Part shown: positions 1 through 7,728 of the stretch, in pieces
Layout: each line of letters starts with the position of its first letter
Position numbering within the stretch: the first letter of the stretch is position 1
Assembly: GCA_036375135.1 (NCBI GenBank)
Contig: DASUSL010000021.1
Coordinates: forward strand, 1-63,522
Direction: 5' to 3'
Length of the DNA: 63,522 nucleotides
DNA from: Thermoanaerobaculia bacterium
GTDB lineage: Bacteria > Acidobacteriota > Thermoanaerobaculia > Gp7-AA8
Notes under the pieces: generated by a model
Seen by the model: the letters and a program-made list of their open reading frames with translations, nothing else
The model's database searches: none
What the model was told of the DNA's origin: nothing
Position numbers and translations under genes: made by a program

Positions 1-1079
1 GGGTTCACCTTCTTGCCGGCGGTGTTGATCAGATCCGAGGCGCGGCCGGTGAGGACCACTTCCCCGTCGTCGCGCAGCTCCACGAGATCGTCCGTGGTGA
101 ACGTCCCGTCCGCGAACGGCTCGAACGTCGTCGCGTCGAAGAGGTAGCCCGCGGCCACCGACCCGCTGCGCACCGAAAGGCGGCGAGTGGCCGTCGACAG
201 CGTCACGCCCTCCAGCGCCGCGCCGACGGTGCCGCGCTCCACCGCGGCGCCGCGGCGGTCGTACGTGATGCCGCCGCACTCGCTGCATCCATAGAAAGAA
301 TGGATGTCGAGGCCGAAGCGCTCGCGAAACCGGCGCGACGTCGACGCCGCCAGCGGCGCGCCGGCGGAGAGAAAGGTGCGGATCGTCTCGAACGAGCCGT
401 GCGCCGCGACGGCGAGATGCTCGAAAACCATCGGGATCAGCGGCGCCACCGTGCAGCGGTAGCGATTCGCGATCTCGACCAGCGACTGCGGCAGGTAGTC
501 GTTCGAGACCACGACCGGCGTCCCCTGCACCAGCAGCGGCGTGACGAGGTTCGAGAAGCCGTAGGAGTGGGAGAACGGGATCGCGCCGAGGTTCAGGTCA
601 TCCGGACGGATGTCCATGGTCGCGCAGATGTTCTCCGCGTCCGCGATCAGGTTCCCCTCCGTGGCCACGATCCCCTTCGGCATCCCCGTCGATCCCGACG
701 TCAACTTCACCAGCCGCGCAAAGGGTGGAAACGCAGGGCGGGCTTCCGCCTGCCGGGTCAGGCTGAAGCCTGACCCGCGTCCCAGGAAGCCTCGCACACC
801 GAACTGGCCGATGATCGCCGCGACCTCGCTCTCGCTGGCGTCCCGGTCGATCGGAAACACCACCAGCTCCTGCCGGCACGCCGCCAGGAACGCGGCCACG
901 AGCTCCACGGAGTTCGGCAGCTGAATGGCCAGCCCGTCGCCCGGCGCGAGGCCGTCGAAGCGCATCGACTCCGCGAGCGCCCACAGTTCGGCGCGCGTCG
1001 TCACCGCTCCCGTGGCGCCGTCGATGAGCGCGGGCGCGCCGGGGGCGGCGTTCACCAGGGACAAAAATCGTAGGATCAT
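1..1079 (-). CDS. AMP-dependent synthetase/ligase (adenylate-forming acyl ligase), 3' end cut by window edge
   Basis: Absent from the ORF track because it runs off the window. My own minus-strand translation from the ATG at 1079-1077 reads MILRFLSLVNAAPGAPALIDG... It contains adenylation motifs LVKLTSGSTGMPKGIV (about 660-710), FYGCSECGG and GRASDLINTAGKKVNP at the edge. Confidence 0.8.
   Translation of the reverse strand, partial: MILRFLSLVNAAPGAPALIDGATGAVTTRAELWALAESMRFDGLAPGDGLAIQLPNSVELVAAFLAACRQELVVFPIDRDASESEVAAIIGQFGVRGFLGRGSGFSLTRQAEARPAFPPFARLVKLTSGSTGMPKGIVATEGNLIADAENICATMDIRPDDLNLGAIPFSHSYGFSNLVTPLLVQGTPVVVSNDYLPQSLVEIANRYRCTVAPLIPMVFEHLAVAAHGSFETIRTFLSAGAPLAASTSRRFRERFGLDIHSFYGCSECGGITYDRRGAAVERGTVGAALEGVTLSTATRRLSVRSGSVAAGYLFDATTFEPFADGTFTTDDLVELRDDGEVVLTGRASDLINTAGKKVN
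736..776. repeat. family D double GC-hairpin inside the AMP-ligase CDS
   Basis: GGGCGGGC-TTCC-GCCTGCC followed by the perfect hairpin GGGTCAGGC-TGAA-GCCTGACCC. Same architecture as 19506-19547. Confidence 0.75.
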
Positions 1080-1118
1080 TCGGACTTTTCAGGAGAATAG
1101 CAGCGTTTCAGCCCCGCG

Positions 1119-2363
1119 ATGCGCGACGTCATTGTCATCGGCGGAGGCCCCGCGGGGACGACCGCGGCGACCCTCCTCGCACAACAGGGACTCTCCGTAA
1201 CCCTTCTCGAGCGCGAACGGTTCCCGCGTTTTCAGATCGGGGAGTCGCTCCTCCCGTACAACAACGACCTCTTTGCCCGCCTCGGCGTCACCGACGACCT
1301 GATGAAAGGCGACTACTTCCCGAAGTACGGCGCCTACTTCGTCACCGGCGACGGCTCGCACGGCTACCGCTTCCGCTTCGACAAGCGGCTGCAGGACCCG
1401 TATCGCAACTCCTTCCAGGTCAAGCGCGCCGAGTTCGACCATCTCCTGCTGAAGAACGCCGAAAAGCACGGCGTCGACGTCCGGCAGGAGACGCCCGTCA
1501 CCTCGGTCGACCTCTCGAATCCCGACAAGGCCGTCGTCAACGGCGATCTCGAAGCGCGCTTCGTCATCGACGCCAGCGGCCACGGCTCCGTCATCGGCAA
1601 CCGCTTCGCCGGCCGCGACGAGGTGAAGTCGCTGAAGAAGATCGCCTTCTTCGCGCACTACACCCACGTCCCGCGCGACCCGGGCAAGGACGCCGGCAAC
1701 ACCGTCATCGTCGTCCTGCGCGACTCCTGGTTCTGGCTGATCCCCGTCACCGCGGAGGTCATGAGCGTCGGCCTCGTCGTCGACCGCGACCATTACGTCC
1801 GCTGCGGCCTCGAGCCGCAGGCGCTGCTGGAGCGCACCATCGCCGCCACGCCGTTCGTGGCCGCGCGCATGGAGCACGCGCGCCGCGTCTCGCAGATCTA
1901 CGCGCGCAAGGACTTCTCCTTCCGCATGCGCCAGCTCGTATCGAGCAACTACGCGCTCATCGGCGACGCGGCCGGCTTCCTCGACCCGATCTTCTCCACC
2001 GGCGTCTTCATGGCCATGAAGTCGGCGGACATGGTCACGGGCGCGGTGCTGGAGCGCCTGCGCACGGGCTCGACGGCCGCGCTGCGCGCGTACGAATCGG
2101 ACATGCAAAGAGGTCTCGATAAATACTTACGCTTTATCGAGCACTTTTACGATCGCGATTTTCTGGAGGTGTTCCTCCAGCCCTCGGAGCGCTGGGGCCT
2201 CCTGACCGCGGTGGTGGGGGTGCTGGCGGGCAACATCTTCGCCGCGCGCGACAACCGCTTCCGCCTCTTTCTCTTCTTCCTCCTCGTCAAGCTGCAGAAG
2301 CATCTCGGTAAAATCGCACCGCGCATTTCGTGGGACGCGCTCCCCGCCGCTGCTAAACTCTGA
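1119..2363 (+). CDS. FAD-dependent oxidoreductase (flavin halogenase / geranylgeranyl-reductase-like)
   Basis: N-terminal Rossmann dinucleotide motif VIVIGGGPAGTTAA followed by LLERERFPRFQIGESLLP. The layout is typical of the tryptophan-halogenase-like FAD family. Confidence 0.7.
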   Translation: MRDVIVIGGGPAGTTAATLLAQQGLSVTLLERERFPRFQIGESLLPYNNDLFARLGVTDDLMKGDYFPKYGAYFVTGDGSHGYRFRFDKRLQDPYRNSFQVKRAEFDHLLLKNAEKHGVDVRQETPVTSVDLSNPDKAVVNGDLEARFVIDASGHGSVIGNRFAGRDEVKSLKKIAFFAHYTHVPRDPGKDAGNTVIVVLRDSWFWLIPVTAEVMSVGLVVDRDHYVRCGLEPQALLERTIAATPFVAARMEHARRVSQIYARKDFSFRMRQLVSSNYALIGDAAGFLDPIFSTGVFMAMKSADMVTGAVLERLRTGSTAALRAYESDMQRGLDKYLRFIEHFYDRDFLEVFLQPSERWGLLTAVVGVLAGNIFAARDNRFRLFLFFLLVKLQKHLGKIAPRISWDALPAAAKL

Positions 2364-2371
2364 AACCCTTT

Positions 2372-2644
2372 ATGACCACCGACCTGCGACGCAAGCTCAA
2401 AGAGCTGCTCATCGAGCGGCTGAAATTCGAAGACATGACCCCGGACGACATCCCGGACGACCAGCCTCTCTTCGCCGGCGGCCTCGGCCTCGACTCCATC
2501 GACGCGCTGGAGATCGTGGTGATGCTGGAGAGCGAGTTCGGCATCAAGGTGAAGAACGAGGGGTCGGCACGCGACTCGTTCCGCTCGATTGCCACGTTGG
2601 CCGATTTCGTTGGGGAGCGGCTGGCGCAGGAACAACGCGCTTAG
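2372..2644 (+). CDS. acyl carrier protein
   Basis: 90 aa, acidic, with phosphopantetheine attachment motif GLGLDSIDALEIV. Confidence 0.85.
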   Translation: MTTDLRRKLKELLIERLKFEDMTPDDIPDDQPLFAGGLGLDSIDALEIVVMLESEFGIKVKNEGSARDSFRSIATLADFVGERLAQEQRA

Positions 2645-2649
2645 AAAAA

Positions 2650-2722
2650 GTGCTGGGTGCTGAGAGCTGGGTGCTGAGTCCCGCCCGGCCCCACTCAGCA
2701 CTCAGCACTCAGCGCTCAGCAC
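2650..2722. repeat. family C heptad-built hairpin
   Basis: Left arm GTGCTGG GTGCTGA GAGCTGG GTGCTGA GT. Right arm ACTCAGC ACTCAGC ACTCAGC GCTCAGC AC. Fills the ACP-dehydratase spacer. Confidence 0.85.
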
Positions 2723-2723
2723 T

Positions 2724-3095
2724 ATGTCGTCCTGGCTCGCCAACCTCCCGCACCAGATCCCCTTCCGCGCCGCGAGCGCGGTGCGCCGCGTCGATGAGAA
2801 AACGATCGAGGGGACGTACCTCGTCACCGCGAACGACACACTCCCGTCCGGCGTGATGGCGGTCGAGGCGATGGCGCAATTCGCCGGCGGGCTGGTGTTC
2901 CAGGAGCAGGGCTTCTTCACCGGCATCGACCGCTGCGAGCTCACGCGGCAACTCGAGCCGGGCGACGTCATGGTCTGCAGCGTCACGCTGGAGGTCGAGT
3001 TCGGCGGCACGTTCCGCTTCAGCGGAACCGGACACGTAAATGGAGTAGAAGTGCTGAGGGGAAGGTTCTATCTCAGCGCGCATGCGGGTCCCTGA
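2724..3095 (+). CDS. hotdog-fold (3R)-hydroxyacyl-ACP dehydratase-like protein
   Basis: 123 aa. Called from size, position between the ACP and KS genes, and the FabZ/ApeI-like stretch GVMAVEAMAQFAGGLVF. This is a weak motif-level call. Confidence 0.5.
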   Translation: MSSWLANLPHQIPFRAASAVRRVDEKTIEGTYLVTANDTLPSGVMAVEAMAQFAGGLVFQEQGFFTGIDRCELTRQLEPGDVMVCSVTLEVEFGGTFRFSGTGHVNGVEVLRGRFYLSAHAGP

Positions 3096-4329
3096 TCTCT
3101 CCACACGAATCGCCGTCACCGGCGCGGGCATCGTTTGCTCCATCGGCCGGAACAAGGCCGAGGTGTGGGAGTCGATCGTCGAGATGCGGGCGGGGATCGG
3201 CAAGCTGACTTCCTTTCCGGGCGAGACGTTTCCGACCGACATCGCCGCCGAGGCGGTGGCCGAGCTGCCGAAAGCGAAGCGGTTGTCGCGGACCGATCTG
3301 CTCGCGGTCGTCGCGGCGAAAGAGGCCCTCGAACAGGCCGGCGACATTCCGCTCGCGCGCGCCGTGGTTTCGTCCGGCACGTCGACGGGCGGCCTGCTCG
3401 AAGGGGAGGATTACTACTTCCGCCGCCTGATCCGCGGACGCCGCCGCGCCCCCGCGTCGCGCGTGCTGCAGCAGCCGACGTCCGGTCCCTCCGATGCCGT
3501 GGCCGGCGCCTTCAACCTCGGCGGCGGCGTGGTCTCGAACGCCACCGCGTGCGCGTCGGCCGGCGCCGCCATCGGCATGGCTGCCGATTACCTCCGCTCC
3601 CGTCACGCCGACGTCGCCATCGCCGGCGGCAGCGACGCGCTGTGCCGCCTGACGTACAGCGGCTTCAACGTGCTGCAGGCCGTCGATCCCGAGCCGTGCT
3701 CGCCCTTCGGTGCGCAGCGCAAGGGCATCACTCTCGGCGAGGGCGCGGGCTATCTCGTGCTGGAGCGCTGGGACGACGCGGTCGCGCGCGGTGCGACGAT
3801 CCTCGCCGAGCTCTCCGGCTACGGCGCCTCCTGCGACGCGCATCATCCGACCGCACCGGCGGAAGACGGCCGCGGCGCGGAGGCGGCCATGCGCGGCGCG
3901 CTGTCCGAGGGACGGATGACGCCCTCGTCGGTCGATTACGTGAATGCACACGGCACCGGCACGACGCTGAACGATTCCGCCGAGACGCGCGCCATCATCG
4001 CCGCCCTTGGCACCGACGTCCCCGTGTCGTCGAGCAAGTCGTACTTCGGCCACACCCTCGGCGCCTCCGGCGCGATCGAGGCGGTCGTGACCGTCCTCGC
4101 CCTGCAGCACCAGATCGCCCCGCCCACGCTGCGCCTGCAGTCGAGCGCCCCCGAGTGCCCGCTCGACTACATCCCGCACACGCCGCGGCCGATGAAGCTC
4201 GGCAACGTGCTGTCGAACACGTTCGGCTTCGGCGGCAGCAACGTGTCGCTGCTGTTCAAAGTGCATCCTGAGCACGGCGAGGGATCTCCGGCGGCGCGCG
4301 AGCGAGATCCCTCGCGGCGCTCGGGATAA
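3082..4329 (+). CDS. beta-ketoacyl-ACP synthase II-like (KS)
   Basis: Active-site Cys in NATACASAGAAIG, His motifs NAHGTGT and FGHTLGASG, and C-terminal GFGGSNVSLLF. The last ~22 codons and the stop lie inside a dispersed repeat (4264-4331). Confidence 0.9.
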   Translation: MRVPDLSTRIAVTGAGIVCSIGRNKAEVWESIVEMRAGIGKLTSFPGETFPTDIAAEAVAELPKAKRLSRTDLLAVVAAKEALEQAGDIPLARAVVSSGTSTGGLLEGEDYYFRRLIRGRRRAPASRVLQQPTSGPSDAVAGAFNLGGGVVSNATACASAGAAIGMAADYLRSRHADVAIAGGSDALCRLTYSGFNVLQAVDPEPCSPFGAQRKGITLGEGAGYLVLERWDDAVARGATILAELSGYGASCDAHHPTAPAEDGRGAEAAMRGALSEGRMTPSSVDYVNAHGTGTTLNDSAETRAIIAALGTDVPVSSSKSYFGHTLGASGAIEAVVTVLALQHQIAPPTLRLQSSAPECPLDYIPHTPRPMKLGNVLSNTFGFGGSNVSLLFKVHPEHGEGSPAARERDPSRRSG

Positions 4330-4331
4330 AC
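4264..4331. repeat. family B nested inverted repeat (MITE/REP-like)
   Basis: Outer arms CATCCTGAGC / GCTCGGGATAAAC. Inner perfect 12-bp arms GCGAGGGATCTC / GAGATCCCTCGC. Overlaps the KS 3' end. Confidence 0.85.
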
Positions 4332-4336
4332 TGCGA

Positions 4337-5404
4337 GTGTTGCGCGTCCCCATCACCGGCATCGGCGTGATCGCTCCCGGAGCGGTCGGGATCGCGGCCT
4401 TCCGCGAGCTGCTCGACAGCGGCGGGACGGCGGTGCAGGAGGTCGACCGCTTCGACACGAGCGGGCTCTCCGCACACACCGCCGCCCTCGTGCGCGACTT
4501 CAAGCCGCGCGACTTCATCAACCCGATGAAGATGCGCCGCATGAACGGACTGTCGCGGCTCGGCGTGGCCGCGGCGAAGCTGGCCATCGAAGACTGCGGC
4601 GCGGCGCCGCCTCCGGAAACGGGCGTCGCCATCGGCACGGCCTTCGGGCCGGTGCAGACGTCCGTCGAGTACATGCAGGAGTACGTCGAGAAAGGCGCGT
4701 CGCTCGCGCCGCCGCAGCTTTTCGCGGAGTCCGTCGCCAACGCGCCGGGGAGCCACATCGCCATCGAGTGGGGCCTGCGCGGCTTCAACGTGACCATCAC
4801 GCAGCGGGAGTCGTCCGCGCTGGCCGCGGCGATGTACGCGGCGACGCAGCTCGTGAAGGGCAGCGCGTCCGCGGCGCTGATCGGCGGCGTGGAAGAGGCG
4901 AACGAGATGCTGTTCAGCGTCCTCGATCGCATCGGCGCCCTCGCGTACGACGGCCACGAAGGGCTGATCCTCGGCGAGGGAAGCGCGATGCTCGTCGCCG
5001 GCGCCGGCACGCGCAGGCCGTACGGCTGGCTGGCCGGCTTCGGCATGGCCCGCGATACGACGGCGCCGATCTCCGACTGGGGGATCGACTCGGATGCGGT
5101 GGCCACGGCCATGCGCGCGGCGATGAAGGATGCCGAGGTGCAGAAGGTCGATGCGGTGTTCGTCTCGGCGAACGGCTCGCCGCGCGGCGACGTGCTCGAG
5201 CGCCGCGCGCTGGCGCAGCTCTTCGGCGAGATCGAGACCGTTCCGACGAAGCACGTCTTCGGCGAGTACGCGGCGGGCGGCGCATTGCAGCTCGTCGCCG
5301 CGCTCCTCGCGCTGGACGAGGGACGCTACGACAATGTGCTCGTGAGCTCCCTCTCCGCCGGCGGAGGCATCGTCTGCGCGGTCCTCTCGCGGGAGGCCGC
5401 GTGA
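4337..5404 (+). CDS. KS-like protein lacking the catalytic cysteine (chain-length-factor-like partner)
   Basis: Thiolase-fold similarity throughout. The position equivalent to the active-site Cys reads TITQRESSALAAAMYA, with no Cys. GTG start at 4337. Confidence 0.7.
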   Translation: MLRVPITGIGVIAPGAVGIAAFRELLDSGGTAVQEVDRFDTSGLSAHTAALVRDFKPRDFINPMKMRRMNGLSRLGVAAAKLAIEDCGAAPPPETGVAIGTAFGPVQTSVEYMQEYVEKGASLAPPQLFAESVANAPGSHIAIEWGLRGFNVTITQRESSALAAAMYAATQLVKGSASAALIGGVEEANEMLFSVLDRIGALAYDGHEGLILGEGSAMLVAGAGTRRPYGWLAGFGMARDTTAPISDWGIDSDAVATAMRAAMKDAEVQKVDAVFVSANGSPRGDVLERRALAQLFGEIETVPTKHVFGEYAAGGALQLVAALLALDEGRYDNVLVSSLSAGGGIVCAVLSREAA

Positions 5405-6063
5405 TGAAAGTGCTTGCACTCATCCCCGCGCTGAATGCGGAGCGCACGCTGCCGAAGATCGTCGAGGAGACGCGCCGGCAGCTCGAGCCGGTGATCGTCA
5501 TCGACGACGGCTCGAGCGACCGCACCGGCGACGTGGCCCGCGCCGCCGGCGCGACCGTGCTGCGTCACGACGTGAACCGCGGCAAGGGCGCGGCGCTGAA
5601 GACCGGCTTCGCCTGGGCGCTCGCGAACGGCTACGACGGCGTGATCACGCTCGACGCCGACGGGCAGCATCTCCCGTCCGAGATCCCGAAGTTCCTCGCC
5701 GCGCGCGGAGACCTGATCATCGGCGGCCGCGATCATCTCTTCCAGCACATGCTCCCGCGCCGCCGCAACGCGAACCGCTTCTCGGCGTGGTGCATCTCGA
5801 AGTGCGCGGGCGTGCGGGTCCCCGACTCGCAGAGCGGCTTCCGCTTCTATTCGTCCGGGCTGCTGCGCGCGCTGCAGCTCCGGGCGGACGGCTTCGACAT
5901 GGAGAGCGAAGTGATCGTCCGTGCGGGCCGCCGCGGCTTCCGCATCCTCACCATTCCCATCGACCTCGGTTTCGTCGATGGGATTTCCACGAGCCACTAC
6001 AAGCCGCTGTTGGACACCTTGCGGATTGCGTGGACGGTGACGAGGACTCGGCTGGGTTTTTGA
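5404..6063 (+). CDS. family 2 glycosyltransferase
   Basis: MKVLALIPALNAERTLPKIVE...VIVIDDGSSDRT...TLDADGQH, typical of the GT2 fold. The ATG overlaps the upstream stop (TGATG at 5402-5406). Confidence 0.8.
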   Translation: MKVLALIPALNAERTLPKIVEETRRQLEPVIVIDDGSSDRTGDVARAAGATVLRHDVNRGKGAALKTGFAWALANGYDGVITLDADGQHLPSEIPKFLAARGDLIIGGRDHLFQHMLPRRRNANRFSAWCISKCAGVRVPDSQSGFRFYSSGLLRALQLRADGFDMESEVIVRAGRRGFRILTIPIDLGFVDGISTSHYKPLLDTLRIAWTVTRTRLGF

Positions 6064-6170
6064 GTTTATCCCGAGCGCCAGCTTGGGATCTCCGGAGCCC
6101 GCGCGACCAGCGCGCCGAAGCCCTATCGCGTGAAGGCTCCGAAGATCCCTCGCTTCGCTCGGGATAAACT
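6063..6170. repeat. family B nested inverted repeat
   Basis: Perfect 15-bp termini AGTTTATCCCGAGCG / CGCTCGGGATAAACT, inner GGGATCTCCGGAG / CTCCGAAGATCCC. Lies between convergent genes. Confidence 0.85.
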
Positions 6171-6174
6171 GAGA

Positions 6175-7728
6175 TTACTGCGGCAGAGGTTTCCGCGGCA
6201 GCAGCTCCGCGCGATTCGCCGTTTCCCACACCACCGTCGCCACCACCACCGCGGCCTGCATCAGATCCTCGCGTTGCAGGCGCTCGAACGTGTCCCACTG
6301 CGTGTGGTGCGTGCGCGAGCGGTACTCCACCTCGTCCTGGATGAACTGGAAGCCGGGGATGCCTACTTCGTCGAACGGGATGTGATCCGTGCTGGTCGTG
6401 TTGCGCATCGTCACGGTCGTCGCGCCGAGGTCGTGGAGCGGCTCGAGCCACTGCCGGAAGAGCGGCATCGCGGCGGCGTTCTCCTGCGCCCAGATCCCGC
6501 GGATCTTGCCGGTGCCGTTGTCCATGTTGAAGTAGGCGGAGATCTTTCCGTGCTGCGGCTTGAGCGTCAGCTCGCCCTTGTCCGTCGTGCGCAGCATCGC
6601 CGGGAGCTTGGCCTGCTCCGGGTCCTTCGGCGTGGCGCGCTCGGCGAAGTGCTGCTGCACGTAGGCGCGTGCGCCGAGGAGTCCCTGCTCTTCGCCGGAC
6701 CAGAGCGCGATGCGGATCGTGCGCTTCGGCGTGCCGAGCGTCTTCAGGATGCGCGCGGCTTCCATCATCACCGCCGCGCCGGCGGCGTTGTCGGTGGCGC
6801 CCGTGCCGGTGTGCCACGAGTCGAGGTGCGCGCCCATCATCACCACTTCCCCTTTTTTGTCGGAGCCGGGGATGTCGGCGAGCGTGTTGTAGGCGTTGAG
6901 GTCTTCGTTGTGGAAGCGGGTCCGGATGTCGATCTCCAGTTCGACGTCTTGCTTGTCGTCGAGGAGGCGGGCGATGCGCGCGTACTGCTCGGGCGCGAGG
7001 CCGACGGACGGCACGCCACCGGGCTCGGTGTCGTTCCACGTCCCGGCCGTCTGCACGCGGAACACGCCGCCTTCGCCGCTCGGGAGCGTCACGAGCGCGG
7101 CGATCTTCTCGTCCATGGCGAACTGCGCGGCCTGCTTGCGGAACTCGCGGCGGCGGGCGTAGTCGCCGCGGGCCGCGTCGCGCTGGGCGGGGATCTGATA
7201 GTTGGCCAGCTCGGCCAGCTCCTCATCCGTGTAGCGCTCGAGCGCGGCCTTGTCCTGCGGCTTCATCTCCTTCGGCTCGGCGGGCATGACGATCATGCCG
7301 GCGAGCTTTCCTTTGTTCTTCTCCAGGTCTTCCTTCGTCTCCAGCTTCACCTTCACGACCTTGCCGCGCACGGGACCGTCGGTCGCCGGTGACCACGCCA
7401 TCGGGAGGGCGTAGAGCTGCTGCGTGTCGGGGACCAGCATGCGCACCGAGCAGGAGTCGGACGTCCAGCCGCGGCCGAACTTGTACGACTCGAGATGCGC
7501 GTTGGAGAGGCCCATCTTGGCCAGCTCGTCGCGTGTCCACTCGTTCGCCTTCTTCATGTTGGGCGAGCCGGTCAGGCGCGGGCCGATGCGGTCGGTGAGC
7601 GCTTCCGCGTAGTCCATGACCTTCGAGTTGCGGAAGCCTTCCTGGCGGATCTTCGTGACGGTGGTGAGGTCCTGGGCGGAGAGAGGGAGCGTGGCGGCGA
7701 AAGCCACGACGGACAACCACAGCTTCAT
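6175..7728 (-). CDS. M28 family metallopeptidase (aminopeptidase), exported
   Basis: Signal peptide MKLWLSVVAFAATLPLSAQ. Zinc-ligand region GAHLDSWHTGTGATDNAAGAAVMMEAARIL and SGEEQGLLGARAY. The start at 7728 overlaps the upstream stop as ATGA. An alternative start exists at 7743. Confidence 0.8.
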   Translation of the reverse strand: MKLWLSVVAFAATLPLSAQDLTTVTKIRQEGFRNSKVMDYAEALTDRIGPRLTGSPNMKKANEWTRDELAKMGLSNAHLESYKFGRGWTSDSCSVRMLVPDTQQLYALPMAWSPATDGPVRGKVVKVKLETKEDLEKNKGKLAGMIVMPAEPKEMKPQDKAALERYTDEELAELANYQIPAQRDAARGDYARRREFRKQAAQFAMDEKIAALVTLPSGEGGVFRVQTAGTWNDTEPGGVPSVGLAPEQYARIARLLDDKQDVELEIDIRTRFHNEDLNAYNTLADIPGSDKKGEVVMMGAHLDSWHTGTGATDNAAGAAVMMEAARILKTLGTPKRTIRIALWSGEEQGLLGARAYVQQHFAERATPKDPEQAKLPAMLRTTDKGELTLKPQHGKISAYFNMDNGTGKIRGIWAQENAAAMPLFRQWLEPLHDLGATTVTMRNTTSTDHIPFDEVGIPGFQFIQDEVEYRSRTHHTQWDTFERLQREDLMQAAVVVATVVWETANRAELLPRKPLPQ

